From assembly GCF_006345805.1 (NCBI RefSeq), contig NC_043011.1, positions 34,112,464 to 34,176,463 of the forward strand: a DNA stretch of 64,000 bases, given 5' to 3'. The notes under the pieces were generated by a model. The model had not been told where the DNA came from. It worked only from the letters and a program-made list of their open reading frames with translations, and did not search any database. This DNA is from Octopus sinensis (lineage: Eukaryota). The translations under genes were made by a program, and so were the position numbers. Below are positions 27,136 through 41,247 of the stretch, piece by piece (within the stretch, counting starts at the first letter, position 1; each line of letters starts with the position of its first letter).

Positions 27136-28345
27136 AATCTAACAAACATTTGATCATAAAGTATAGCTTATATCAGAATAAGCAACAGTAGGATGTCACC
27201 ATCATTATCGTTTAATGTCCATTTTCCACACTAGCATGAGTAGGATGGTTAAACAGGAACTGGTAAGTCAGAAGACTGCACCAAACTCTGCTGTCTTCTT
27301 TGACAGTCTCTACAGCTGGATGCCCTCCCAAATGTCAAGTAAAAAAAAATACCAACAATATTGTTCTCTTAGCTGTTTAAGGTAACAAAGGGTCATTACA
27401 CAAATCTGTCTGAAGATTATTCACAATTGAAGATGACTGTGAATGGGGACACTGGAATCTTACAGTACAAAGAACAAAACAATCAAAATTTCGCAATCTA
27501 TAGGGATAGGGGGTCAATATCCACTGAAGAATTTGTCTGTTTTTATGTCAGGATCCATAATAAGAGCTGCAATTTGTGGAGTTAATAGGGACATAGACGA
27601 GATACCAAATACTTTAACAATTTCAAAGCCAGAAATTCATATCCAGTGAATAAAACAAATTTATAAAAACCGTTTGAGTGCAAGAGAATTTTTAAGGGCC
27701 AATATTTAGCTATAGGTTTCATGACATAATAGATAAATGGCACACAGGGTTGGTCTATCATTACATGTAATTTAGCAAAGTAATCTGGTGTGCATCCTTA
27801 TCACAAAAGCAGATTGATGCAATGTAGAATTAAGACAATAATTTGCCTAGAAATACAAAATTCCTACAGCACATTTGAACTCACAATCTATGAGATTGTA
27901 GTCCAATTATGAGATTGCAGCTTCAACCTTCAACCTATACAGGGCAAATTTCACTGGCAGATAGTAGCAACATTAAAAATATAAATATTGTAGACATTTC
28001 CTCAAAAACACTGATTTCTAAGATTGGCACAAGACCACAGATTTGGAGAGAGGTGCTGATCAATTAAACTGGCCCAAGCATTTGAGTGGTACTTTATTCT
28101 GTCAGCAACTTGAGTTCTCAATATGAACACAAAACATAAAGTGTTATAACTGCATACCGCAAGGCATTTTGAGTGATGCTTTAAAAATTCTACTAATTAA
28201 CCTCCCTCATATTTTCTAATATATACAGGAAAGATATGAACTTGGGTTTGGGAGGCATGGTGTATTTCTAATAAATTAGTCATGGGAACGGGTCAATGCG
28301 CACTACCTTTGTAGGTCACACTCCTAAACTGGGAAGTTTAATGTA

Positions 28346-28480
28346 GACCAGTGGTTCTCAACCAAGATCCATATGATCCCATATAAGGATTTTGGGATCC
28401 ACACAAGCAAAATAGTAAATTGGGAAACCATCGCAGTATATTAAGAGCCCATGAAAAAGTTTTGATTAAGGAGATATGTG
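28346..28480 (+). mobile_element. hAT-like transposon end fragment
   Basis: CAGTGGTTCTCAACC is a typical hAT/Charlie terminus; partner TIR not found. Confidence 0.45.
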
Positions 28481-29173
28481 GAGGACCAAGATATGTGGTG
28501 CATTGTTATACTCAAGAAAACCTGGCCACCATAACAGAATTAATATCCTAAAACCAAGGTGCCATGTAAAAAGCACTGGCACTAGTGCCACATAAACATC
28601 ACTGGTAATGGTGCCACTTAAAAAGCATTCGGTACACTCTATAAAGTGGTTGGTATTAGGAAGGAAGGGTATCCAGCTGTAGAAACCATTATATATATAT
28701 TATACATGTACATGAAGTGTTTCTTTCAGTTTCCATCTACCAGATCCACTAACAAGGCTTTGGTTGGCCTGAGACTATAGTAAAAGGCATTTGCCCAAGG
28801 CGCCACACAGTGAGACTGAACCCAAAAGCATGTGGTTGGAAAGCAAGCTTCTTACCACACAGCTATGTCTGCACCCAACCCATGCTAGCATGGAAAGCAG
28901 ACATTAAACGATGATGATGATATATATAATATATAATATAATATAACATAATATATATATATATTATCATTAACCTTGTTTTAATATCCAGAAATACAAA
29001 CAAATTACCCTCAAATTACATATTACTCTTTTAAAGGATAATGCAATCCTTGTTTCTTTGCATATCAAAAATAAGACAGGATGTCATGGCTGGAATACTT
29101 TTGATCATATGTCTGCTTGTACAGGGTCAACCTGGGGCTAAACAAATACAACTACCTATGCCATAGCATTTAC

Positions 29174-29269
29174 CTTTCCATACCACTATTAATTTCTTTG
29201 ATGAATCAAGGGACGAGTTAACAACTTCACAACAAAATTTTCTTAGCAACATTATTACGGAGAAATAAG
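29174..29269 (-). CDS. Candidate internal exon (AYFSVIMLLRKFCCEVVNSSLDSSKKLIVVWK, phase 1 to 1)
   Basis: Strong acceptor catctctttctaactctttcag and donor AAG|gtaaat; 96 nt; only the phase-1 frame is open. Confidence 0.4.
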
Positions 29270-30499
29270 CTGAAAGAGTTAGAAAGAGATGTTCGTTTCC
29301 ATGCATAGAATTAACAAAATCTGTAGAATATGTCAAATTTAGTCACTATATGTTCAGTATTAGCAGAGATGGGATTAAGTGGGGAGAAAGTAAAAAGGAA
29401 GAGGGTTGTTAGAATAGTCAGCACCACTTCAGCAGCAATTTAAGTTGTCTCATTGTCTTGACAACTAACACCATAACTACTTAATATTTCAAGAGCAACT
29501 ATTTATTTATTTTATTTATTATTTTTTTTTTTTGTATTTCTTTCCTCTTGATGTAAGTGCACGCATGGTCGTGTGGTTAACAATCTAGCTTTGCAACTGT
29601 ATGGTTTTGGGTTCCAGGTTCAGTCCCACTGTGTGGCACCATGGGTAAGTGTCTTCTACTACAGACTCAGGCTGAACAAAGCCTTGCAAGTAGATTTGAT
29701 AGACGGAAACTGAAAGAAGCCCATCGTACATATATATCTAATATAATAAAAGCGAAAACTAATTTCTGTGTATCGATATGTCACACTTTGACCCCCATCT
29801 CTCACAATTCAATGATACTTCTATTATTGCTCATGCTGGGCTGAGAGTAGTAGTAAGCACAGAGATGGTGAGGGTGGTGGTGGTGAAGACAGACAGAGAA
29901 AGAGAGGAAAAGAGAAGCAAAGAAATTTAAGGGGCTGATGATGTTTTATTAAAAGTAGTAGTGTTGATGGTGGCAGTGGGAGTAATAATAAGAGAGAGAG
30001 AAAGAGAGGATATGTAAGAGAAAGAGGGACTGAACACTGAACCAACATACTGAACACTGATGGTAATGGGATGATAGTAATAGTATGAGCAGTAGTTGTG
30101 ATAGAGGTGGAGGCAGTGGTGATGATGATGGTGGTGGTAGCTGAGGCAGTCAGGGATGATGGTGAGAGTAAGCGATGTGAAAAACAGTGGTGATGTTGGC
30201 AGCGAAGTCAAAGGTATTGATGGTGGTGACGTCAGAAGTCTGAATGGTGTGTGTATGGCAGGGGTGGTGGCGATGGTGGTGGTACTGTTGTTTATCATGC
30301 AGCCTTGCAATAAGTTCCAAGCCAATAAATTATATTATTGTTTTGATGAAAACTGTCCATTGCTTGAAAAATATTGTTCAAGTTTAATAAAATTTAATAT
30401 GCAGTCAATGCATGAAGTATCATTGTTGGGCCCAAGGCTTATTGAAGAGCCCTCCACAGGAGCTAGCTTAAAATCTGCCCTATTGAGCGACTTTTAAGA

Positions 30500-31963
30500 T
30501 AGTGTGTGAGTCTCTGTGTGTGTCTGTCTGTCTGTGTTTGTCCCCACCCCATTGCTTGACAACTGATGTTGGTGTGGTTACATCCCCATGACTTAGCAGT
30601 TCAGAAAAAGAGACCGACAGAATAAGTACTAAACTTACAAAGAATAAGCCCTGGGGTCGATTTGTTCAACTAAAGGCAGTGCTCCAGCATTGCCGCAGTC
30701 AAATGACTGAAACAAGTAAAAGAATAAAAGAATATATATAGGCACAGGCATGGCTGTGTGGCAAGAAGTTTACTTTCTGACCACATGGTTCCAGGTTCAA
30801 TCCCACTGTATGGCAACTTGGGCAAGTGTCTTCTACTATATCCACAGGTCAACCAAAGCCTTGTGAGTGGATTTGATAGATGGAAACTGAAAGAAGCCTG
30901 TCGTGTATATTACTTTATTCTTTTACTTGTTTCAGTCATTTGACAGTGACCATGTTGGAGCAATATCTTAAAGAGTTTTTAGTCAAAAAATCAAACCCCA
31001 GGACTTATTTCTTGTAAGCTTAGTACTTATTTTGCTGAACCACTAAGTTATAGGAATGCAAACACACCAACATTAGTTGTCGAGTCATGATGGGGGGGAA
31101 AATACAGACACAAAGACACACACACACACACATCGTCATCGTTTAACATCCACTTTGGATGATTTGACTGAGGAGTGGCGAACCAGATGACTGCACCAGG
31201 CTCCAGTCTGATCTGGCAGAGTTTCTACAGCTGGATGCCCTTCCTAACGCCAACCACTCCCAAGAGTGTAGCGGGTGCTTTTACATGCCACCAGCATGAG
31301 AGCCAGTCAGGCGGTACTAGCAACAGCAACGCTCAAATGGTGTTTTTTACGTGCCACCTGCACAGGAGCCAGTCCAGCGGTACCGGCAACAACCTCGCTT
31401 GAATGTTTTTTTTTTCACATGCCACCAGCACAAGTGCCAATAAGGCAACGCTGGTAATGATCACACTCAAATGGTGCCTTTTACATGCCACCAGCACAGA
31501 AGCCAGTTAGCTGCTCTAGCAACAATCACACTCGGATAGTGCTCTTAGCACTCCACATATATATATATATACAGGGTGGCCCAAAAGTAGGTTTACAATT
31601 ATTCAACTATCTCTTTCGCATTCATATATTAACAATTTAGATCTTAATTATAAAAAGATATGAAACCATTATTCTATGCTAATTTAGTTAATAATAAGAT
31701 AGAAATTTAAATGTAATAAAATGTTTTAAAAGAAATTTAAAGTGCCTACGTGATAACTGTAGACCTACTTTCAGGCCACCCTATATATATATATGACAAG
31801 CTTCTTTCAGTTTCCAGCTACCAAATCCACTCATAAGGTTTTAGTCAGCCCAAGGCTATAGTAGAAGACACTTGGCCAAAGTGCCATGGAGTAGGACTGA
31901 ACCTGGAACCATGTGGTTGGGAAGCAAGCTTCTTACCACACAGCCACACCTATGTCTATATAT

Positions 31964-31996
<33 letters not shown>

Positions 31997-32250
31997 CACA
32001 TATATATATATATATATGTATGTATGTTTGTGTGTGTTTGTCAACTCTCCCCCAACTGCTTGACAACCAATGTTGGTGTGTAAACATCCCTATAACTAAG
32101 CAGTTCAGCAAAAATGACTGACAGAATAAAGAACAAACTTTTTTAAAAAATAAGTACTGGGTCCAATTAATCTGACTAAACCCTTTCAAAGTGGTGCCCC
32201 AGCATGGCCACAGTCCAATGACTGAATCAAATACGAGATAAAGGACATTA
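30500..32250. mobile_element. Cluster of SINE A and family B fragments in both orientations
   Basis: A tail 30500-30730 (+), A head 30740-30910 (+), A tail 30910-31110 (-), B 31135-31555 (-), A head 31795-31952 (-), A tail 32030-32250 (+). Confidence 0.8.
31572..31783. mobile_element. Tc1/mariner-type MITE (about 210 bp)
   Basis: CAGGGTGGCCCAAAAGTAGGTTTACAATT ... AACTGTAGACCTACTTTCAGGCCACCCT inverted termini in a TA run. Confidence 0.75.
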
Positions 32251-32659
32251 GACGCTAATACTATTTACTCCACTCACCTCCCACCTTGCCTATTAACACC
32301 ACTGCTCAGTCCTGGGGTACTGTTAGCAGAGACTGATCAGTTACTAACATTCAGACCAGGTCCCTAGTTTGGGAATACCTTCTCCAACCACCCTCCTGCC
32401 CGTTGGTCTTTGGGGGGCAACACGAAAAGAGTCACAGGCGCTCCTCTTTGTCTTCAAGCTAAATCATGAAAGAAATTTAAAATTTTGAGGCAGAAAGAGA
32501 AATACAGACCCACTCATGCGATGTGAGACTCAAACAGCAAATACTGCTTGCCAAATACCCAAATGCCATTTGCATTAAAATTTAAGTCGTTCAGTTAATG
32601 CATATAATTTTAAAAGAAAAGAAATATATAGAAAACACTCATATTACAATGGATTGTAA

Positions 32660-34080
32660 GTGAAATGGTGTGTGTATGTGAGAGGGTGTGTATATGTGTG
32701 AAAGGTGTGTATATGTGCATGTGAGAGGGTGTGTATATGTGAGAAGGTGTGCATGTATATGTGAAAGGGTGTGCATGTATATGTGAGAGGGTGTGCATGC
32801 ATATGTGAAAGGGTGTGTATGTATATGTGAGAGGGTGTGTATGTATATGTGAGAGGGTGTGTATATGAGGTGTGTATATGTGAAAGGGTGTGCATGTATA
32901 TGTGAAAGGGTGTGCATGCATATGTGAAAGGGTGTGTATGTATATGTGAGAGGGTGTATATGTATATGTGAGAGGGTGTGTATGTATATGTGAGAGGGTG
33001 TGCATGTATATGTGAGAGGGCGTGTATATGTGAGAGGGTGCGTATATGTGAGAGGGTGTGCATGTATATGTGAGAGGGTGTGCATAGTATGACAGGGTGT
33101 GTGCATATATGTGACAGGGTGTGCATATGTATGTGACATGGTGTGTACATGTATGTGACAGGGAGTATATATGTATGTGATGGAGTGTATATGCGTATGT
33201 GACAAGGAGTGCATATGTGTATGCGAGAGGGAATGTATATGTGTATGTGAAAGGGTGTGTATATGTGTGAGAGGGTGTATGTGTATATGTGAGAGGGTGT
33301 GTATATGTGTATGTGAAAGGTGTATATATGTACATGAAAGGGTGTATCTATATATATATGTGAGAGGGTGTGTATATATGTATGTGAGAGGGTGTGTGTG
33401 TGTATGTATATGTGAGTATGCATGCATGTATATGAGAGGGTGGTATGTGTGTGCGTGAGACAGTGTGTGTGTGAATATATGAGATGACTATGTATGTATG
33501 CAAGAGGGTGTGTATGTATGTGTATGAGAGGGTATGTGTGTATGCAAGTGGGTGTGTGTGTGTGTATATGAAAGTGTGTATATGTATATATAAGAGAGAG
33601 TATGTGTATGAGAAAGGGTGTGTATGTGTATGCAAGAGGGTGTGTATATATGTATGCAAGAGGGTGTCTATATGTGCGAGAGGGTGTGTAATGTGTATGT
33701 GAGAGGGTGCATATGTGTGTATCAAGAGTGTGTATATGTATGTGAGAGGGTGCATATGTACCAAGAGTGTGTGTGTGTATATATATATATATGCAAGAGG
33801 GTGCATATGTATCAAGAGAGTGTGTATATGTATGCAAGAGGGTGCATATGTGTGAATCAAGAGGGTGTGTATATGTGCACGTGAGGGAGTATGTATATGT
33901 GTATGTGAGAGAGAGAGTGTACATGTGTGAGAGAGAGTGTATATGTGTTTGAGAGGGTACGTTATATGTGAGAAGGTATGTTATATGTGAAAGTGTGCAT
34001 ATATGTGAGAGTGTGTGTATATATGTATGTGAGTGTATATATATATGTATGTGAGAGTATGTGTATGTTTATATGAGAGA
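32660..34080. repeat. Degenerate minisatellite of about 20-26 bp units (GAGAGGGTGTGTATATGTATATGT type)
   Basis: Dozens of GAGAGGGTGTG/GAAAGGGTGTG/CAAGAGGGTG anchors separated by TA/TG runs. Confidence 0.9.
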
Positions 34081-34274
34081 TGCGTGAATGGGAGTAGAAT
34101 TGAAACATGTTTTTGTACCCTGTTTGCAGTAACATAATATTACCATAACAAACCTAAATACTTAACTTATCAAAATTAAAATTGAAATATTATAAACTTC
34201 TCTCTTAGAATATTTCATATACTATATTAGATGGCATATATGACACACTTTCTGTCCAAAAAATATCTAAGATA

Positions 34275-34620
34275 CTCTTTACTCTCTTTTACTCTTTTAC
34301 TTGTTTCAGTCATTTGACTGCGGCCATGTTGGAGCACCGCCTTTAGTCAAGCAAATTGACCCCGGGACTTATTCCTTGTAAGCCCAGTACTTATTCTATC
34401 AGTCTCTTTTGCTGAACCGCTAAGTGACGGGGACGTAAACACACCAGCATCGGTTGTCAAGCAATGCTAGGGGGACAAACACAGACACACAAACACACAC
34501 ACACATACATACATATATATATATACATATATACGACAGGCTTCTTTCAGTTTCCGTCTACCAAATCCACTCACAAGGCATTGGTCGGCCCGGGGCTATA
34601 GCAGCAGACACTTGCCCAAG
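34275..34620 (-). mobile_element. SINE family A, head-truncated
   Basis: (TACTCTTT)n tail, TGTTTCAGTCATTTGACTGCGGCC...CACTTGCCCAAG. Confidence 0.85.
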
Positions 34621-35430
34621 ATGTATATGTTTTATCAAGGTTTTATCTATGTGAAGTTGCTTTAAGTATTACATGCTTTAACTCTTTAGCATTTAGCTTG
34701 TGTAATAATCTGAATGATGTAATAATTAGTCAAATGTAATGCTTAGTTGTTGTTTTGACTTATTCCTTCATTATCTTGTAGCTTCTAGATTTCAATGATG
34801 TAAAAAAATTTCAGAATGATGTAAGATAAGGTGTAAGGGTTCACATCTGGCCAGTTTGAACATAAAGCAATTAGAATATTTGGGACAGATGTGAATGGAT
34901 TAAATGTTAAACCTTTTTTTTTTTTATCCCCTGAATGCTCAATGCTGAAATAGAGGTGCATCTAATAATTATGCTCAGGCATCTTTTATGCCAGCAAATA
35001 TGGTGATTATCATTACATAGTGACTACTGTCTGTAGAAAGCAGTGGCTGGTAGAATTGGTAGAGCATTGGACAAACTGACTTTTGATAGCGAGTAATGTT
35101 CCCTTACGTTTTGAGCTTAATTCCTGCTAAGGTTAATGAAGTACATGCTAGCCACGTTTCTTGAAGGAATCAAAGCAACTAACTCCTATTTCTCTCTTCC
35201 TGTCAAAATCCATGACCTTCTGTCATTACATCATCATAATGTCCACTTTTCCACACAAGTATGGGTCAGATAGAGCTCATTGAGGAAGGGCTGGTTGCTC
35301 TTAATATTGCCGATCCTTACATGTTTCCAAGCAAGATAATATTTCCCCATGGTCACATATGTTTTTGCAAAATATTGGAAATAAATGATATTCATTTATA
35401 ACAATTACACATTGACAAGACAAACAGACA

Positions 35431-35461
<31 letters not shown>

Positions 35462-36489
35462 TATATACATACAGTAGACTTCTTTCAGTGTCTATAAGGC
35501 TTTGGTTAGCCCAGGGCTATAGTAGAAGACACTTGGCCAAGGTACTGCACAGTGGAACTGAACCAAAACTAAGTGGTTACAAAGCAAGCTCCTTAGACAT
35601 AATGATGGAACAATTCCACACAAACCTATGCTGCAGAGTACAGTCAATTATATCAATCATGGTACTTCACTGGTACTTTATTTTGTAGACCTTGAAGGAT
35701 TCAAAATCAAAGTAAACAGCAGTGGGACTCAAATTCAGGATATAGGCCACACCTAATACCACAAATGAAAATAGCTATCTAGATATCATATTCAATGTTT
35801 ATACACCATTGGCAGACCTAAGGACATGCAGTGTTAAAAACACAAATATCAAAGTGACATGAAAATTTATTCCAACTGTAGTCAGTCAGAACACCAGAAA
35901 CATTTTGTTTTGTTTTTTTAGTCTTTTTAATGGAATGCTCTTGCAGCCATCCACATGATCATATCAGAAATCACTTCTGATAAAGGAAAAAATGAAATAA
36001 ACATTCACTACCCTAACATGTCTTTTCATCTTCTGAAACAGTAGGATGTGGTTTGAGAGAAATTCACTGTTATTTCTAGCAAGCTGAGCAACTGCGAAGA
36101 GGCTCACTCACTGGCTCATAATGAAAATGATGATGACAGCTTTCTGTTAGGAGTTGCAGTCGCCCAAATATCAAAAATACGAACCACCAACTAGGATGGT
36201 TGCAACATACGACAAAACTGGATATTAGGAGCAGAGTTACAAAACTTGAAACAAAGGATTTCCTGTTTGTTCTACAAGTTCGTAATAATAATTTTCATAT
36301 AGATAAGAAGTCTCATATTTATATCTAACAGGCACCAGGAATGAAACCAGAAGTGAAGAAAGAAAAACAAGGCATGAGAAACAGAAGCTATATTATTCAT
36401 GCCTTTCCCAATAGCTTTAGCAGAGAAAGTGAGATAGCTGCAGCCTTTGCATTGCAGACTTTATTGATCAAAGATTTATCTCCTAGACA

Positions 36490-36870
36490 CAGACATGGCT
36501 GTGTGGTTAAGAACTTACTTTGCAACTATGTGGTTTCAGGTTCAGTCCACTGTACGGATCCTTGAGCAAATGTCTTTTGCTTTAGTCCTGGACCGACCAA
36601 TGTCTTGTGAGTGAATATGGTAGATGGAAACTATGTGGAAGCCTGTTGTGTGTGTGTGTGTGTGTATCTTGGTATCCCACCACTGCTTGACAGATGGTGT
36701 TAGTTTGGTAACATCCTTACAACTTAGTGGTTCAGCAAAAGAGAATGACATAATACGTACCAAACTTCAAAATAAGTACTGAGGTCAGTTTGTTTGATTA
36801 AACCCTTTATAAACTCATGCCACAGCATGGCCTTAGTCAACCGAAAGAAACAAGTAAAAGATAAAAGATA
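36490..36870 (+). mobile_element. SINE family A, decayed
   Basis: Head GGCTGTGTGGTTAAGAAC, tail CAGCATGGCC...GAAACAAGTAAAAG. Confidence 0.75.
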
Positions 36871-37849
36871 TGCTGTGATGTTCATGTCTTTCCTGGTATA
36901 AGGGTGCAAGCATGGTGGTATCATTAAGGAATTCATTTCACAGTTACATGATTTGGAGTTCCCTCCCAACATGTGGCACCTTGAGCAAGTCTCTTCTATC
37001 ATAACCTTGGATCAGCTAAAGCCTTGTAAATGAAATACAGTAGACAAAATGTGTGTGAAAGCCTGGTAACAGAACAGTTCTTACTTTTGGGGTGTTAAGC
37101 TTAATCCATCATCCAGCCCAGTACCCAGCTAAACACTAACACATGGCCCTTGGGTAACTTTAACAGAGTTCAATCTTTGCAAGCATTCAAATCAGATATC
37201 AGCTCAAAGGATAAGATTTTCTCTTTCCTATCAGTCCTAGACACCCTGCCTCACATGTCTTTGAGGCCCTGCCCTGTCAGCCATAGAAGTCCTGCCCTTC
37301 TTTTATGAGTATCATCATCATTTTAACATCTACTTTTCCTTGCTTGCATGAGTTAGATGGAGTTTATTGATGCAGATTTTCTACAACTGGATGCTCTTCC
37401 TGCTGCCAACCCTTACCTGTTTCCAAGTAAGGTAATATTTCCCCTCGGGTCAGACATGTTTATGCAGAATATCAGTAATGAATAACAATCATTTACAACA
37501 ACCACACAATATCAAGACAAGGAGACACACACACATATACCAAGCTTCTTCCAGTTTCCATATAAGAAATCCGCTCACAAGGCTTTGGTTGACCCAGGAC
37601 AATAGAAGAAGACACTTGCGCAAGATGTCACTCAGTGGGACTTAACCAGAAACCATGTGGTTAGGGAGTAAGCAATGTAAAAGAAAGTAAAAATCATTCC
37701 ATTAACCCCTACTCATCTAACCCCCCAATTCCCATAAAGAATTCTTTATTATGATTTTGAAGAGGAAAGCAACTTATTTGAGTTATTGAACAATAAAATA
37801 TTTATTTTGGTATTCTAGAGTTCCAATAATCTCCAACACTGAAGCAATA

Positions 37850-40560
37850 ATAATAACCTTTTCTACAATAGGAACAAGGCCTGAAATTTTTGGTGAGGTG
37901 GCTAGTCGATTACATCAACCCCCAATGCTCAACTAGTGCTTATTTTTTATCAACCCCAAAAGGATGAAAAGCAAGGTCAACATTAACAGAATGTGAAATC
38001 AACGCCATTAAACATTTGTGAACTCAATGCCATTAAACATTTCATCCATCATACTAAGGATTCTGTCAGCTCACCACTTTGCAAGCAATAATAATAATGA
38101 TTACTCTTTACTCTTTTACTTGTTTCAGTCATTTGACTGCAGCAATGCTGGAGCACCGCCTTTAATCGAGCAAATCGACCCCGGAACTTATTCTTTTGTA
38201 AACCCAGTACTTATTCTATCGGTCTCTTTTGCCGAACCGATAAGTTACGGGGATGTAATCACACCAGCATCAGTTGTCAAGCGATGCTGGAGGGCCAAAC
38301 ACAAACACACAAACGCATATATATACACATATACGATGGGCTTCTTTCAGTTTCCGTCTACCAAATCCACTCACAAGGCTTTGGTCGGCCCGAGGCTATA
38401 GTAGAAGACACTTGCCCAAGGTGCCACACAGTGGAACTGAACCCAGAACCATGTGGTTGGTAAACAAGCTACTTACCACACAGCCACTCCTGCACCTATC
38501 ATCATTATTATTATTATTATTATTATAAAGCAACAAGCTAGCAGAATTGTTAGTATGTTGGGCAAAATGCTTAGCAACATTTCTCCAGGGCTCTTTACAC
38601 TTTGAGTTCAAATCCCACCAAGGTCGATGTTGCCGTTCATCCCTTCAGGGGTTCGATAAAACAGAATATCAGTCAAGTACTGATGTCAATGCAAAATTTG
38701 CTAGCCTTGTACCAAAATTAGAAAGAATTAGTATTATTATTATTCTGTCGAGGTCAACTTTGCCTTTCATCCTTTCTGAGTCAATAGAATAAGTACCAGT
38801 TGAGCATTGGGGGTCAATGTAATTGACTTACCTCTTCCCCCAAATTTGCTGGCCTTGTGCCAAAATTTGAAACCATTATTATTATTAGTAGTAGTAGTGG
38901 TGGTGGTGGTGGTGGTGGTGAGGTAGCAAGCTGGCAGAATCGTTAGCACGCCAGGCAAAATGCTTAGCGGTATTTCACCTGTCGCTGCACCCGGAATTCA
39001 AATTCCGCCAAGGTCAATTTTACCTCTCATCCTTTTGGGGGGGTCAGTAAAATAAGTACCAGTTGAACACTGGGGTCAATTTAATCGACTCATCCCGTCC
39101 CCCAAAATGACCGCTCTTGTGGCAAAATTTGAAACCACTATTATCATTAGTAGTAGTAGTAGTAGTAGTAATAGAAACAAGGCCAGAAATGTTAGAATCA
39201 AGGTACAGATGATTGTATTGACCGCAGTCTTCAACAGGTACTTTATTTTATTGATTAAGGCAAAGTTGACCTTAGTGGGATTAGGGATTTCTAACATAGA
39301 AACAAGGTCACGAGCTAGTGGCAAGAAGTAGTGGATTAAAGTGCCCCCACTACTTGACTGGTGCTTTTCATAATTTGCACTGGAGGAATGCAAAACAAAG
39401 AACTACCTTGGCAGGACTTACAATTTCTAACGCAGAAACAAGTCTATAGATTTTGGAAAGAAAGTACAGGTAGGTGATTATGTCAACTACAGTAATTTTT
39501 CTTTTAACACCTTGAGCTCCAGGATTCATAAGGTTGGTTACCCAATTTCCATGGTAGATAAGTGATTGAGATAACCCCCTTTACTCTTGAATGGGATGCC
39601 AGTTCATTGCAAGGTTCAAGGCAGGCATGTTGATTACACTGATCCCAGTTCTTGACTGAACTTTTACTATATCAACCCTGAAGGGATGAAAGACAAAGTT
39701 GACCTTGGCAGGATTTGAATTCAGAAGAAACGCTGCTATGCATTTTATCCAATGTACTAACCATTCTGCCATCTCACCAATAATTAACTGTTGCTTATTT
39801 TATTGACATCCTGAAGAATAAAAGACAATTATGACCTTCATGTAACTGGAACTCAGAATGTAAAGAAGACAAAACTAAATAATAATTTTCTACATAAGCA
39901 TAAAAACCAGATATTTAGAGGGGAGAGGGTTTAGTTGATTAAATCAAACACAGTACTGGACTAGTACTTTATTTTATGAGTCCTGAGAGGATGAAGAGCA
40001 AAGTTGACCTTGACAGGATTTGAACTCAAAACATAAAGAACCAGAATAAATACTGCAAGCTGTTTAGTCTGATGCTCCAATGATTCTGCTAATCCATCAC
40101 CAACCAATGAGATACTTTATATCAGCACAAAGGTTTGAGATTCAGAGGGAGGGAACAGTTGATGATATCAACCATCAGTACATGCCTGTTAGAGTTATCA
40201 ACTTTAGGAGAATGAATGACAAAGGTGAACGTAACAGGATTAGAATTCAGAACATAGGGAATCAAAACAAATACAGTTTTGTGAAGACATTTTCTCTGAC
40301 ACTCCACCTATTCCACCCTTCTGCAGAACAATACAAAAGAAGAAAAAGAAATGGTTTCTGCAGGCACAAGGGCCCACAATTTTGAGGGAAAGGGTGTTAA
40401 TCTGTATCAACAAATCCTGTGCTTGACTGATGTGTCATTTCATAGCCCTGGAGGGATGAAAAGCAAAACTGACCTCAGCAGGATTTGAACTCAGAATGTA
40501 ACGAATCAGAACAAATACTGCAAAGCATTTTTGTCCAATTCTCTAATGATTCAGCCAAAT
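37850..40560. mobile_element. Dense cluster of SINE family C copies plus one intact family A copy (38100-38490, minus)
   Basis: Repeated GAAAGG/GGATGAAAGGCAAAGTTGACC..GGATTTGAACTC cores and their reverse complements about every 200-300 bp. Confidence 0.75.
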
Positions 40561-41186
40561 CATGAAAAAGCATTACTATATTGCATCAGGCAAACAAAAA
40601 AAAAATTGACATAGAGATGTAGTAAATTACAAATCCACTCTCAATGGAGTGGGTGAGTGGTGCACACTGAAAACCTTGTTAAGGCTCATAAGGGACCGAT
40701 AATTTGCATGTCAGTTTTCAAGGCATTGGTTTTCAAATGACCAATACTTTCCCTCCAAAGACAGGAAACCACTACTCTATTGCAAGCAAGATTTCCTGAA
40801 AAATTTACCTCCTAGCCAAGCATGAAGCCAAATTCACAAATATGCAATACTTAGAATAGATTCAAATAAGAGTCCCCTCCTCTCAACCAGCATCCACATT
40901 GTACATAGGAACACAAAGACAGGCTCGATGGAGATTTGTCTGTTATTTCTAGCAAGTCTAACGACCAAGTGGAATTATATTCGTAGGTAACACTAAGATT
41001 GCAGTGGTGACGGCCGTTTAGTTCCATGTAAATCAATGAAACAAAGTGCCAACATTTTATTGTTTTCCGTTGTTTAATTTTAAATATTCTTCGAATGAAT
41101 GAAAAGGAGAAAAGAATGAGAGGAAATATATAATGTTAATTAGTACCTGACAGAGATAGATAAGAATTAGAAACGTCAAGATTCAC

Positions 41187-41247
41187 CTTTAATTATACTG
41201 CGACCAGATGTTTTTGAATCGTGTGACCCAGCAATGCTGGTTTCCAT
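41187..41247 (-). CDS. Candidate alternative first exon METSIAGSHDSKTSGRSIIK (phase 1)
   Basis: ATGG start at 41247, open for 20 codons plus 1 nt to AAG|gtgaat. Confidence 0.2.

Noticed and set aside
32610-33952. Long His/Thr/Tyr-rich ORFs (241-426 aa)
   Set aside because: Open in all three minus frames because the minisatellite lacks stop triplets on that strand; no splice or composition evidence for coding.
35760-35976. Strong minus-strand acceptor near 35977
   Set aside because: All frames close quickly and there is no convincing donor; could be non-coding but unsupported.
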